Origin: Eledone cirrhosa
Taxonomy: Eukaryota
Direction: 5' to 3'
Assembly (NCBI GenBank): GCA_964016885.1
Contig: OZ024743.1
Location: 7,378,001-7,442,000, forward strand
DNA length: 64,000 bases
In this document: one piece after another, positions 28,364 to 44,500 of the stretch
Position numbering within the stretch: the stretch's first letter is position 1
Layout of the letters: every line of letters begins with the position of its first letter
Translations under genes and position numbers: made by a program
Notes under the pieces: model-generated
Database searches by the model: none
Told to the model about the DNA's origin: nothing
The model's input: the letters and a program-made list of their open reading frames with translations, nothing else

Positions 28364-30034
28364 GTGATTGGCTGGTTCAACAAATTGAATAATAAAAACA
28401 AACTAAAATTTGTTCAATTTGATATTGCCAGCTACTATTCTTCTATTTCGCCTTCACTTCTCCATAATGCTCTATCTTTCGCACTTAAATATTCTGACAT
28501 CACCACAGATGAACTTCACATCATTCTCACCGCACGTAAAACCATCCTAGAGTTCAACAATGAATATTGGACCAGAGCCGATACCTCTAACAACTTCGAC
28601 ATCACAATGGGAGCATCCGATTCATCCCAATTGAGAGATTTAATTGGTATCTTTATTTTGAACTCTTTGAGTCGGAAAATTCCTCAACTTCGCGGTGGAA
28701 TTTATCGTGACGATGGACTCTTTACTATCTTAAATTGCAACATAGTTAACCTTAATATTATTAAGAACAATATACGTAATCTCTTTAACCAACATAACCT
28801 AAAAATTGAATTTGATAACAGCATCAAACTAGCTAATTTCTTGGATGTATCTCTTAATCTTGACACTGGCCTATATTACCCTTACCATAAAAACAATGAG
28901 AACCTAAATTATGTTAATTTTAAATCTAACCACCCCACTAATATCAAGAATGCTATAGTTAGTAATATTGGAAAAAGAATATCTAACCTATCTTCTAATA
29001 AAAACATCTTTGATGCTAACGCCAATTACTATAATAACGCGCTTTCTAAAGCCGGCTATCCAGATAAAATCAAATATAGTAAAGAAACAAATTCTAGAAG
29101 ATCTTACAGTAGAATAATTAATCATGATCATTCCAATAACTTTAATAAAAGACCTAGATACAAAAACATAATCTGGTATAATGCTCCTTTCTCCATCTCT
29201 ATTAATAATAATATTCCTAAATTATTCTTTAGTGCCTTAAATAAATGCTTCCCTCCCTCACATATCTATAGTAAAATATTTAACAAACACACTATAACAT
29301 TTTCCTATTCGACATCCTCCAACATTTCCAACATTATCTCTAAACACAACAATAAAATACTAAATACTAAATCTCTTCCTTCCAACACTGAATATCATAA
29401 TAATAGTAATAGTACTCCCGACGTCATTGTAAACCCTAGGCTAATTTCTGCAAACCCAAATACAACGTCAAACACAACTTCGCTAAATGTTCTTAATCCC
29501 ATTCTAAATCAAGAAACTATTATTCCTATCGCAAATAACTTCTCCAATCCAATTCCTTCTATAGATAACACTAGGTCACTCGTTAATAATCTCTCTAATC
29601 GCAATTGCAATTGCCCTGTTAAAAATAAGTGTCCTCTCAACAACCATTGTCTTGATAAAAACTTAATTTACGAATGTAAAGTTATAACTGACACCAATTC
29701 CTTCACCTATTTTGGCTCCACTTCCACCTCCTTTAAAGCTCGTCTTTATAACCATCATTCGTCTTTTAAATACAAACTTAAAAGAACCAACACGGCTCTC
29801 TCAGAACTCATATGGTCCTTGAACGATAAAAATATTAAATATAGCATCTTTTGGAAAAAGGTTTCTTCTGCGTCTTTATACTTGAACAGTTCTCTATCCA
29901 AGATTTGCAATATCTGTCTAAATGAAAAAATTACTATTATATCTAATTTAGATTCTATAATAAATAGACGCACTGACTTGTTTTCTCTCTGCTTGCATAA
30001 ATTCCACAAAACATTCCACAAAGTATACAGCTAA
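28364..30034 (+). CDS. PLE reverse transcriptase plus C-terminal GIY-YIG endonuclease (N-terminally truncated, otherwise intact)
   Basis: FVQFDIASYYSSI, FDITMGASDS, GIYRDDG, NFLDV, SNHP, then CNCPVKNKCPLNNHC, LIY...YFG, FKARLYNH, CNICLNEK and CLH. Confidence 0.92.
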   Translation: MIGWFNKLNNKNKLKFVQFDIASYYSSISPSLLHNALSFALKYSDITTDELHIILTARKTILEFNNEYWTRADTSNNFDITMGASDSSQLRDLIGIFILNSLSRKIPQLRGGIYRDDGLFTILNCNIVNLNIIKNNIRNLFNQHNLKIEFDNSIKLANFLDVSLNLDTGLYYPYHKNNENLNYVNFKSNHPTNIKNAIVSNIGKRISNLSSNKNIFDANANYYNNALSKAGYPDKIKYSKETNSRRSYSRIINHDHSNNFNKRPRYKNIIWYNAPFSISINNNIPKLFFSALNKCFPPSHIYSKIFNKHTITFSYSTSSNISNIISKHNNKILNTKSLPSNTEYHNNSNSTPDVIVNPRLISANPNTTSNTTSLNVLNPILNQETIIPIANNFSNPIPSIDNTRSLVNNLSNRNCNCPVKNKCPLNNHCLDKNLIYECKVITDTNSFTYFGSTSTSFKARLYNHHSSFKYKLKRTNTALSELIWSLNDKNIKYSIFWKKVSSASLYLNSSLSKICNICLNEKITIISNLDSIINRRTDLFSLCLHKFHKTFHKVYS

Positions 30035-31007
30035 TATCCAAAACTTTATCAATTTAGAGTCTTTTTCTCAAAGACACATATATATATATATACTTCTTTA
30101 AAAATATACCCATTTTTCTACCTTGTTTCAAAGTTATTTATTATACATTATATAATACTTGTTACTCATTCTATATCACTCCTATTTATCACTTCCCTTT
30201 CTTCATTTTCCATTTCTTCTCTTTTTCTTTTAATGTCTAACCCCTAATCTGTACCTTTTCTCACTGTTGCCTAACATAGAAACAATTATTACACAATACA
30301 ATACATTCTTACTTTATATTACCTTGCAAAAATCCTTCGTAAACATAAACATTTTTTGACGTTAGATTATTCATCCACAATTCATTATTTTTTTCTCCCT
30401 TTCATCTAACTTACTCATGCTCATCTCACAATATATACTTACTTACATTACTTGTTGTTCTTTTTAATAATACATATCAACATTTTCTTTCCATCGCACA
30501 TATTATTAAACCCTTAAATATTATTCTTAATACATATTAACATTTTCTTTCCATCGCACATATTATTAAACACTTAAATATTATTCTTAATACATATTAA
30601 CATTTTCTTTTCATCGCACATATTATTAAACCCTTCAATATACAAACCTTAACTTTACATTATTTTTCTCTTCGTTAATTTTCAAATTCTTTTAATTTAT
30701 ACATTATCTTCCAACGGTTTTTCAACCTCTCTATGTAAAACAATATATTTTTCTCAGTTATAAAAGCTATCTCTCTCTCTCTCTATCACCCATCTCTCCT
30801 CCTATCTCATCCTTCCTCATTATACTCTTCCCTCTCCACTTTTTACTCTCATCTCTTCCTCTTTTTCATCCTTTCCAACCCCCGTCCTAAAAAAAAATAT
30901 ATATATTTTTTTCCCAATATCACACATCAATCTAAAACTACTTTTCATATGTTGATTTAAAACTGCACTATCCACAAGTATTTTTTAACCTTCATATCAT
31001 GTCTTCC

Positions 31008-31078
31008 TATTTTATCTGATGAAAACACAAATATTATTGCATGATGATATTTGTTTTTGAAATGCGCATAATAAAATA
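31008..31078 (+). ncRNA. Type I hammerhead ribozyme in the 3' pseudo-LTR (inverted copy at 28267-28337 has G8->A)
   Basis: TATTTTAT-CTGATGA-long stem II (ACAAATATTATT/GATGATATTTGT)-GAAA-TGCGCA-TA-ATAAAATA. Confidence 0.85.
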
Positions 31079-31123
31079 CATGGAACTCTTTTAACCATTC
31101 TTTTGTTCTTATATATTATATAT

Positions 31124-31188
<65 letters not shown>

Positions 31189-31225
31189 ATATATTATATA
31201 TATATATATTATATATATATATGAA

Positions 31226-31258
<33 letters not shown>

Positions 31259-31409
31259 ATATATATATATGAAATATATATATATTATATATATATATAT
31301 TATATATATATATAATATATATATATATATATAAAATATATATATATATATATTATATATATATATATATTATATATATATATAATATATATATATATAT
31401 TTTTTTATA

Positions 31410-31447
<38 letters not shown>

Positions 31448-31459
31448 TTTTGAGTTTAT

Positions 31460-31525
31460 GTTGGTTGTATACCTGAAGAGGTCACAGCCAAAGATGGCTG
31501 TCACTGAAATATATATAGCAGTAAT
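31460..31525 (+). ncRNA. Decayed hammerhead motif
   Basis: CTGAAGA-GGTCACAGCCA(AAGA)TGGCTGTCACT-GAAA-TATATA-TA. Stem I pairs poorly. Confidence 0.45.
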
Positions 31526-31806
31526 AAACGAAGCTAAATTTTAATCATTTGACTTTATTTAACTATATATATATATTATATATATATAATATATATTTAT
31601 TAAAATAACAGATTAAAGTTCAAGCAAAGAATCGCTGCTTTCACCCTTAACGGATCTTCTGAAACTCTTTGGATTTTAGTCTTCAAATTTATTATTATTA
31701 CTATATAATATATATATATATAATATATATATATATATAATATATATATATAATATATATATAATATATATATATAATATATATATATATAATATATATA
31801 TAATAT

Positions 31807-31837
<31 letters not shown>

Positions 31838-32162
31838 TATATAATATATATACATAATATATAATATATATATATATATAATATATAATATATTTATATA
31901 TAATATATATACATAATATATAATATATATATATAATATATATATATATAATATATGATATATATAATATATATACATAATATTATATATATAATATATA
32001 TATATAGTAATATATAATATATATATATATAATATATATATATATAATATATAATATATATATATATAATATATATACATAATATATAATATATATATAT
32101 AATATATATACATATATAATATATATAGTATACATATATAATATATATATATAATATATAAA

Positions 32163-32193
<31 letters not shown>

Positions 32194-32254
32194 ATATATA
32201 TATATATATATAATATATATATATAATATATATAAATATATAATATAAATATAT

Positions 32255-32290
<36 letters not shown>

Positions 32291-32346
32291 TATATATATA
32301 TATATATATAATATATATATATAATATATATAAATATATAATATAA

Positions 32347-32438
<92 letters not shown>

Positions 32439-32582
32439 ATATATATATATAATATATATATATATATAATATATATATATAATATATATATAATATATAT
32501 ATATAATATATATATAATATATATATATATATTATATATATATACATATAATATATATATATATAAATATATATATATATTA

Positions 32583-32950
32583 ATATAAAGAAAAAAAGAT
32601 GAAATCGAAAATGCAACTGGAGTCTTATTTTAAAAAAAAATATATATATTTATTTGGTTCCTTTAACGGTTTCGCAGTTCTTCTGCTTTTCAAAAGTAGA
32701 GTTGAGATGGAGGGTCTGTGGTTTTTCTCACATCAGATGTGAGAAAAACCACAGACCCTCCATCTCAACTCTACTTTTGAAAAGCAGAAGAACTGCGAAA
32801 CCGGTAAAGGAACCAAATAAATATATATGTTTAAAAAAAAAAATAAGACTCCAGTTGCATTTTCGATTTCATTTTTTTTTCTTTATACTTTCACTCGTGT
32901 AGGACACCTCGCTTATTTCTCATTTTGTAAAAAAACCCTCACTTTCTAAT
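32583..32950. mobile_element. ~305 bp near-perfect palindrome plus tail, with a U3-A8 variant hammerhead at 32774-32809
   Basis: The arms meet at ACATC-A-GATGT (~32735). Same family as 26612-26848. Confidence 0.78.
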
Positions 32951-32952
32951 AT

Positions 32953-33016
<64 letters not shown>

Positions 33017-33076
33017 TATATATATATAATATATATATATATATAATATATATATATATATAATATATATGTATAT

Positions 33077-33110
<34 letters not shown>

Positions 33111-33557
33111 AATATATATATGTATAATATATATATATAATATATATATACTATATATAATATATATATATTATATATTTATATATTATATATATATATA
33201 TATTATATATAATATATATATATATTATATATTTATATATATTATATATATATTAATATATTATATATAAATATATATTATATATATATACAATATATAT
33301 ATATATACAATATATATATATACAATATATATATATAATACAATATATATATATATATATATACAATATATATATATACAATATATATATTATATACAAT
33401 ATATATATATATACAATATATATATATACAATATATATATATACAATATATATATATATACAATATATATATACAATATATATATATATACAATATATAT
33501 ATATATAATATATATATATACACATAATATATATATATATGTATATATATATAATAT

Positions 33558-33610
<53 letters not shown>

Positions 33611-33630
33611 TATATATATATAATATATAT

Positions 33631-33898
<268 letters not shown>

Positions 33899-33916
33899 AT
33901 ATATATATATATAATG

Positions 33917-34016
<100 letters not shown>

Positions 34017-34197
34017 ATTAATTATATATGTATTATATATTATATATATATATATTATATATATATATAATATATATATATGTATATATATATGAGTATA
34101 TGTATTATATATTATATATATATATATTATATATATATATAATATATATATATGTATATATATATATGAGTATATATATTATATATATATATATATA

Positions 34198-34385
34198 TAA
34201 TTGTTTCTACTTTTAGCACAAGGCCAGCAATTACCCAGTGCATTACTGGTACTTTATTTTATCGACCCCGTAAGGATGAAAGGCAAAGTTAACCACGGCG
34301 GGATTTGAACTCAGATCATACAGGGAGGTAACTCTATGCTTCAAAGCATGGTGTCCGACCCTCTACCGATACTGCCAATCCACCA
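34198..34385 (-). mobile_element. tRNA-derived SINE (family A)
   Basis: Full head-core-tail match to 7855-8040. Confidence 0.85.
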
Positions 34386-34575
34386 ACAAAGAAGGTGTGG
34401 TAAGATACCAGGTGGACCATAACACACCAGAGTACTCGACACTTAGGGTAGTAGAGTGAGTAATAGGAAAAGAGTCAGGACCCTGATCGGCCGCTTCGAC
34501 TGCTGGCTCAGTTCGGATCTAGCTGTCGAAACGGCCTGAGCTCAGCCGCCGTGGTCCTGATCCTTTTCCTATATG
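34386..34575 (+). repeat. Dispersed structured repeat, longest copy with a ~110 nt GC-rich hairpin
   Basis: TAGGAAAAGAGTCAGGACC/GGTCCTGATCCTTTTCCTA encloses GGCCG.TTCGAC...GTCGAA.CGGCC. Confidence 0.75.
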
Positions 34576-35011
34576 TCTATTATATATATATATATATTTG
34601 TATATATGTATGTATGGATGGATTGATGGATGGATGTGTACTGCAGCTGCAAACATCCTAGTTCTAATCAATTTCTGATTTTAAACTGTTTAAAGAATAT
34701 TGCAAACCCTAAGTATCTGATGCTGAAAACATAAAAATGAGAAGTCAGTATTTTAAAAAAGTATGACAATAAATTTAGTGAGGTTCATAAAAATCCACGC
34801 TAAAATAAAGAAGTGCCAATAAGTCCTCACAAATATTTCCTCAGTTACTCTCTCAGCTTATTTCTTTTGTATTTTTATTTCTTTATTACTGAAGGTTAAA
34901 CATAAGTATTCATATCTATAGGAGGTTTTAAACCCACCAGGAACATTTTCCACCAAAAAAGATAACCATACTATATAATATTTTCGTGAAGCTGCAATAT
35001 ATAGAAATAGT

Positions 35012-35302
35012 AAAGGCGCGTGACCTAGTGGTTATGGTGTTCATCTCACGATCGTAAGGTCATGAGTTCGATTGCGGGCGGCGCATTGTGTCCTTGAGCA
35101 AGACACTTTATTTAATGCTACTCCAGTCCATTCAGCTGGAAAAAAATGAGTTGCGCCGGCGATTCAAAGAGCCAGCATTGTCACACTGAATCTCCCTGAG
35201 AATTACGTTAAGGGTATACGTGTCTGTGAAATGCTTAGTCTCAAGCAGGCTGTTCCGTCGGTTAAACAACAGGAACATTCGTCGGCGGAACCCATGGAGG
35301 TC
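35012..35302 (+). mobile_element. tRNA-derived SINE (family B)
   Basis: GGCGCGTGACCTAGTGG..GAGTTCGATT, TTGTGTCCTTGAGCAAGACACTTTA and TTAAGGGTATACGTGTCTGTG. Confidence 0.82.
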
Positions 35303-35933
35303 CAACATACACAATATACAGAAACGTAGATTCAAGCAAATATACATTGCATAAAAAATGCCTTGATAGATTTCGAATACAGAATTAACATTGATTAATT
35401 TATGGAGCGCGTCTGAAATTGAAATTTCAAAGTAAGGTTTTTGATATCTATTTATTCCCAAACTATAAAATAGTTGGGAATAAATCTATGATATAACCTC
35501 TAAAGGTGAACAAAGTGGATAATCTCATGGGATATCACAAGCGATTATTTACTTTTCCACCTCAAGGGGTTATAACCCAGATTTCATAGTGTGTTGCTTT
35601 ATAGTGAAATAATTTTGTGCTTTTGTATCTAGATATTGCTTTTCCACGTACATTTACAAAAATCTATGCGCTATATTCACATATACAGAAAGAAAAATAC
35701 ACACTCCTATTCCCATATAGTGAACTAAGATATTGTAGATTAGCTAAAGTTGAAAAGAAAGTGTGACTAATAGGGCATGTGTAATGGTACTGCTACAGAT
35801 AGTATACTATGTATTTACCAGAAGCTAATTCAAGGTTTCATTATTCTAAGTTTCTCGTGTAAGTAATATTCAAGTAATTAATGGTCTGGTCTAAGAGTTT
35901 CCGAATTTTGTAATAGAACTTATAGAATGCACG

Positions 35934-36016
<83 letters not shown>

Positions 36017-37629
36017 TAAATATACATTCATAAATGAAAGATAAATAATATTTAATTATAATTTCTTATAAAAGATTTGCTTCATACATTTTTTTTCTTG
36101 TTTCTATCGTTGGTTAGTGACGGCAATAACCAAGTCCCTGAAGACTTTGCGCAATTTGTTCGGTTCTACATGTCAAATAAAGATGATATGTAACCTCCAT
36201 GTAGCATGTGTATCAGCAGCGCAAGCTACTATTAATTTTTTTGAGTAAACTTACGGATTTCATCTTTGCAATATTTTATTTATTTTATTATGTTATTGTA
36301 TTTATTATTTTATTATTTTCGTTTCCACTATAATTGAAATTATTATTTCCTTTATCATCATCTATACGAAATTTCTTGAATTATATTTGCCACAAATGGT
36401 AAATTTGTACGTAAATTTGTTTTTTTTCTCACAAGCTTTACAATTTAATTTTACCCAAACGTTCCATTTTTTATTTACGTAGCTTCACATAGAGCAAGAC
36501 ACAGTGTATTATTGAGCAGGTACTACTTAACTTAACTAAACCTCTTTTTCAAATTCCTATTTGTTATACTAAAAATATTTAAAGTAATAAAATGATATTT
36601 TAGATTGAATCCTCATTAATTATGCAATCAGAGTACATATGTAGTTCATTTGTCATAGTATTGTTTGAAATGGAAAAATGCTTCTTATGTAGAATATAAT
36701 TCAAATTAACAAGGAAAATAAACTCTACATTGGAAATTAAAATACTTTTCATATAAATATATAAATGTTTATACTATTATAAGTTGTTTCAGTATCTTAC
36801 TGGACTAAGTTTAGAAAACCTATTGAGAAGAAAGAAGAAATCAACCTCGGTAAGAAGTGAATCCAGAAGCACGGTGGAACGAACTAAGTACTGTAAAGAA
36901 TTAGTCCATCTTCTCAACGTCTTCAATGAAAAGTGATAAAATAGCGAAGAATTTAAAATTGTAAAGAGAAATAAAAAATCTCATTTTATATTTGCAATGT
37001 CCCAAATATCTTTCGGTTCATCCCCAAACGAAACGCCTGCTTTCGACAATAATGCTAAGAAATGCAATTAGACTTTTCTTAGGGAAGAAACATGTGTATA
37101 TAAAAAAAAAACAATGAAAATAAATTAAGCATTTCATAACCATTGAAAGAAATTAAGCATTTCATAATCATTGAAAGTTTTATGAAGTCATCTCCATTAT
37201 ACCAGACATGTCTCATTAGTCTTTTGTTTCGTAATTTGTTATTCGCTAACTTAGAATATAGAATAGTAATCGAATATTCATGTTTATTATTTGATCATTC
37301 AGCAAATTATAAATTAGCAATTAACAAGGGTTTCATTTCCATTTGATACCATGTATTGTAACATTTGACAGTAACATAAACGAAAATGATGTTCTTTATA
37401 TAATTCTTGAATGTTACAAGAAACAAACAAACAAAAAAAAGAATTACTTTGAGATTTAGCCCTAATAAAAATATATATACATTAGAATTTGGATAGGAAA
37501 TATATGATACATTATAATAGTAGAATTAACGAAATATAAAACGTTCTTTTCAGTGATATTCACTTCAAGTCTTTGTTATATTTATGCCAAACAAAATTTT
37601 TGTTGTTCAAAACGTCCAAGGATCTTTAA

Positions 37630-41140
<3,511 letters not shown>

Positions 41141-41390
41141 TTATATGGATGTGTCTGTTTAAATATTCATAAAAGCGTATTTATGCTTCTTAAGGGATTC
41201 TAAGAAAATTATATTTTCTGATTTTTTTCTTTCATTATTATAATAATAATAATAATAATAATAATTATAATAATAATAATAATTATTATATTATTATATT
41301 ATTATTATCATTATTATTATTATTAATGTAATATTTCATAGATTTAAAATTTGATTTTCTATTTGAGTTCACATATTCATAATTGATATT

Positions 41391-41590
41391 NNNNNNNNNN
41401 NNNNNNNNNNNNNNNNNNNNNNNNNNNNNNNNNNNNNNNNNNNNNNNNNNNNNNNNNNNNNNNNNNNNNNNNNNNNNNNNNNNNNNNNNNNNNNNNNNNN
41501 NNNNNNNNNNNNNNNNNNNNNNNNNNNNNNNNNNNNNNNNNNNNNNNNNNNNNNNNNNNNNNNNNNNNNNNNNNNNNNNNNNNNNNNNNN
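41391..41590. other. Assembly gap (200 N)
   Basis: Run of n. Confidence 1.
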
Positions 41591-44500
41591 TGGTGTGGTG
41601 TGTGGTGTGTGTGTGTGTGGTGTGTGGTGTGTGGTGTGGTGTGGTGGTGTGTGGTGTGTGGTGTGGTGTGTGTGGTGTGTGTGGTGTGTGTGTGGTGTGG
41701 TGTGGTGTGTGGTGTGGTGTGTGGTGTGGTGTGGTGGTGGTGTGGTGTGTGTGGTGTGTGGTGTGTGTGTGGTGTGGTGTGTGGTGTGTGGTGTGTGGTG
41801 TGTGGTGTGGTGTGTGGTGTGTGTGGTGTGTGTGTGTGGTGTGGTGTGTGGTGTGTGGTGTGGTGTGGTGTGTGGTGTGTGGTGGTGTGGTGTGGTGTGG
41901 TGTGTGGTGTGGTGTGTGGTGTGTGTGGTGTGGTGTGTGTGGTGTGTGGTGTGTGTGTGGTGTGTGGTGTGTGGTGTGGTGTGGTGTGGTGTGTGGTGGT
42001 GTGGTGTGTGGTGTGTGGTGTGTGTGTGTGGTGTGGTGTGTGGTGTGGTGTGTGGTGTGGTGTGTGGTGTGTGGTGTGGTGTGTGGTGTGGTGTGTGGTG
42101 TGGTGTGGTGTGTGGTGTGTGTGGTGTGGTGTGTGGTGTGTGGTGTGGTGTGTGGTGTGTGGTGTGTGTGGTGTGTGGTGTGTGGTGTGGTGGTGTGGTG
42201 TGTGGTGTGTGGTGTGGTGTGTGGTGTGGTGTGTGGTGTGGTGTGTGGTGTGGTGTGTGGTGTGTGGTGTGGTGTGGTGTGGTGTGGTGTGGTGTGTGGT
42301 GTGGTGTGTGGTGTGTGGTGTGGTGTGGTGTGGTGTGTGGTGTGGTGGTGTGGTGTGTGGTGTGGTGTGGTGTGTGGTGTGTGGTGTGGTGTGTGGTGTG
42401 TGTGTGTGGTGTGGTGTGTGGTGTGTGGTGTGGTGTGGTGTGTGGTGTGTGGTGTGTGGTGTGTGGTGTGGTGTGTGTGTGGGTGTGTGTGTGGTGTGGT
42501 GTGTGGTGTGTGGTGTGGTGTGTGGTGTGTGGTGTGGTGTGGTGTGTGGTGTGTGGTGTGTGGTGTGGTGTGGTGTGGTGTGTGGTGTGGTGTGGTGTGT
42601 GGTGTGGTGTGTGTGTGTGGTGTGTGGTGTGTGGTGTGGTGTGTGGTGTGGTGTGTGTGGTGTGTGGTGTGTGGTGTGGTGTGGTGTGTGGTGTGGTGTG
42701 TGGTGTGGTGTGTGGTGGTGTGGTGTGGTGTGTGGTGTGTGTGTGGTGTGTGGTGTGGTGTGTGGTGTGGTGTGGTGTGTGGTGTGTGGTGTGGTGTGGT
42801 GTGGTGTGTGGTGTGGTTGTGGTGTGTGGTGTGGTGTGGTGTGTGGTGTGGGTGTGGTGTGTGGTGTGTGTGTGTGGTTGTGGTGTGTGGTGTGTGGTGT
42901 GGTGTGTGGTGTGGTGTGTGTGTGTGTGTGTGGTGTGTGTGTGGTGTGGTGTGTGTGTGGTGTGTGGTGTGTGGTGTGGTGTGGTGTGTGGTGTGGTGTG
43001 TGGTGTGTGGTGTGGTGTGTGGTGTGGTGTGTGGTGTGTGGTGTGGTGTGTGGTGTGTGGTGTGGTGTGTGTGGGTGTGGTGTGTGGTGTGGTGTGGTGT
43101 GTGGTGTGTGGTGTGTGTGGTGTGGTGTGTGGTGTGTGGTGTGGTGTGGTGTGTGGTGTGTGGTGTGGTGTGTGGTGTGTGGTGTGGTGTGTGGTGTGTG
43201 GTGTGGTGTGGTGTGTGGTGTGGTGTGTGGTGTGTGGTGTGTGGTGTGTGGGTGTGGTGTGGTGTGTGGTGGTGTGGTGTGGTGTGGTGTGTGGTGTGTG
43301 GTGTGTGGTGTGTGGTGTGTGGTGTGGTGTGTGGTGTGTGTGGTGTGTGGTGTGGTGTGGTGTGTGGTGTGGTGTGTGGTGTGGTGTGTGGTGTGGTGGT
43401 GTGGTGTGGGTGTGTGGTGTGGTGTGTGGTGTGTGGTGTGTGTGTGGTGTGTGGTGTGTGGTGTGTGGTGTGGTGTGTGGTGTGGTGTGTGGTGGTGTGG
43501 TGGTGTGTGGTGTGGGTGTGTGGTGTGTGGTGTGGTGTGTGGTGTGGGTGTGTGGTGGTGGGTGTGGTGTGTGGTGTGTGGTGTGGTGTGGTGTGTGGTG
43601 TGGTGTGTGGTGTGTGGTGTGTGGTGTGGTGTGTGGTGTGTGGTGTGTGGTGTGGTGTGTGGTGTGTGGTGTGGTGTGTGGTGTGTGGTGTGTGGTGTGT
43701 GGTGTGTGGTGTGTGGGTGTGGTGTGTGGTGGTGGTGTGTGGTGTGGTGTGTGGTGTGTGGTGTGTGGTGTGTGGTGTGGTGTGGTGTGTGGTGTGTGGT
43801 GTGTGGTGTGTGGTGTGTGTGTGTGTGGTGTGTGGTGTGTGGTGTGTGGTGTGTGTTGTGTGGTGTGTGGTGTGGTGTGTGGTGTGGTGGTGTGGTGGTG
43901 TGGTGTGTGGTGTGGTGTGTGGGTGTGTGGTGTGTGGTGTGGTGTGTGGTGTGTGGTGTGTGGTGTGGTGTGTGGTGGTGTGTGGGTGTGTGGGTGTGGT
44001 GTGTGGGTGTGGTGTGGGGTGTGGTGTGGTGGTGTGGTGTGTGGTGTGTGGTGGTGTGGTGTGTGGGGTGTGTGGTGGTGTGGTGGTGTGGGTGTGGTGT
44101 GTGGTGTGTGGTGTGTGGTGTGGTGTGTGGTGTGTGTGGTGTGTGGTGTGGTGTGTGGTGTGTGGTGTGTGTGTGGTGTGTGGTGTGGTGTGTGGTGTGT
44201 GGTGTGGTGTGTGGTGTGTGGTGGTGTGTGTGGTGTGTGGTGTGGTGTGTGTGTGTGGTGTGTGGTGTGTGTGTGGTGTGTGGTGTGGTGGTGTGGTGTG
44301 TGGTGTGTGGTGTGGGTGTGGTGTGTGGTGTGGTGTGTGGTGTGGTGTGTGGTGTGTGGTGTGGTGTGTGGTTGTGTGGTGTGTGGTGGTGTGTGTGGTG
44401 TGTGTGTGTGGTGTGTGGTGTGGTGTGTGGTGTGTGGTGTGTGGTGTGGTGTGTGTGTGGTGTGTGGTGTGGTGTGTGGTGTGTGGTGTGTGTTGTGGTG

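Larger units (their letters stand above)
28149..31120 (+). mobile_element. 5'-truncated Penelope-like element with an inverted pseudo-LTR at the 5' junction
   Basis: 28227-28347 is the reverse complement of ~30998-31120. The ORF starts at the junction, and the 3' UTR contains a 60 bp x3 tandem repeat (~30465-30640). Confidence 0.9.
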
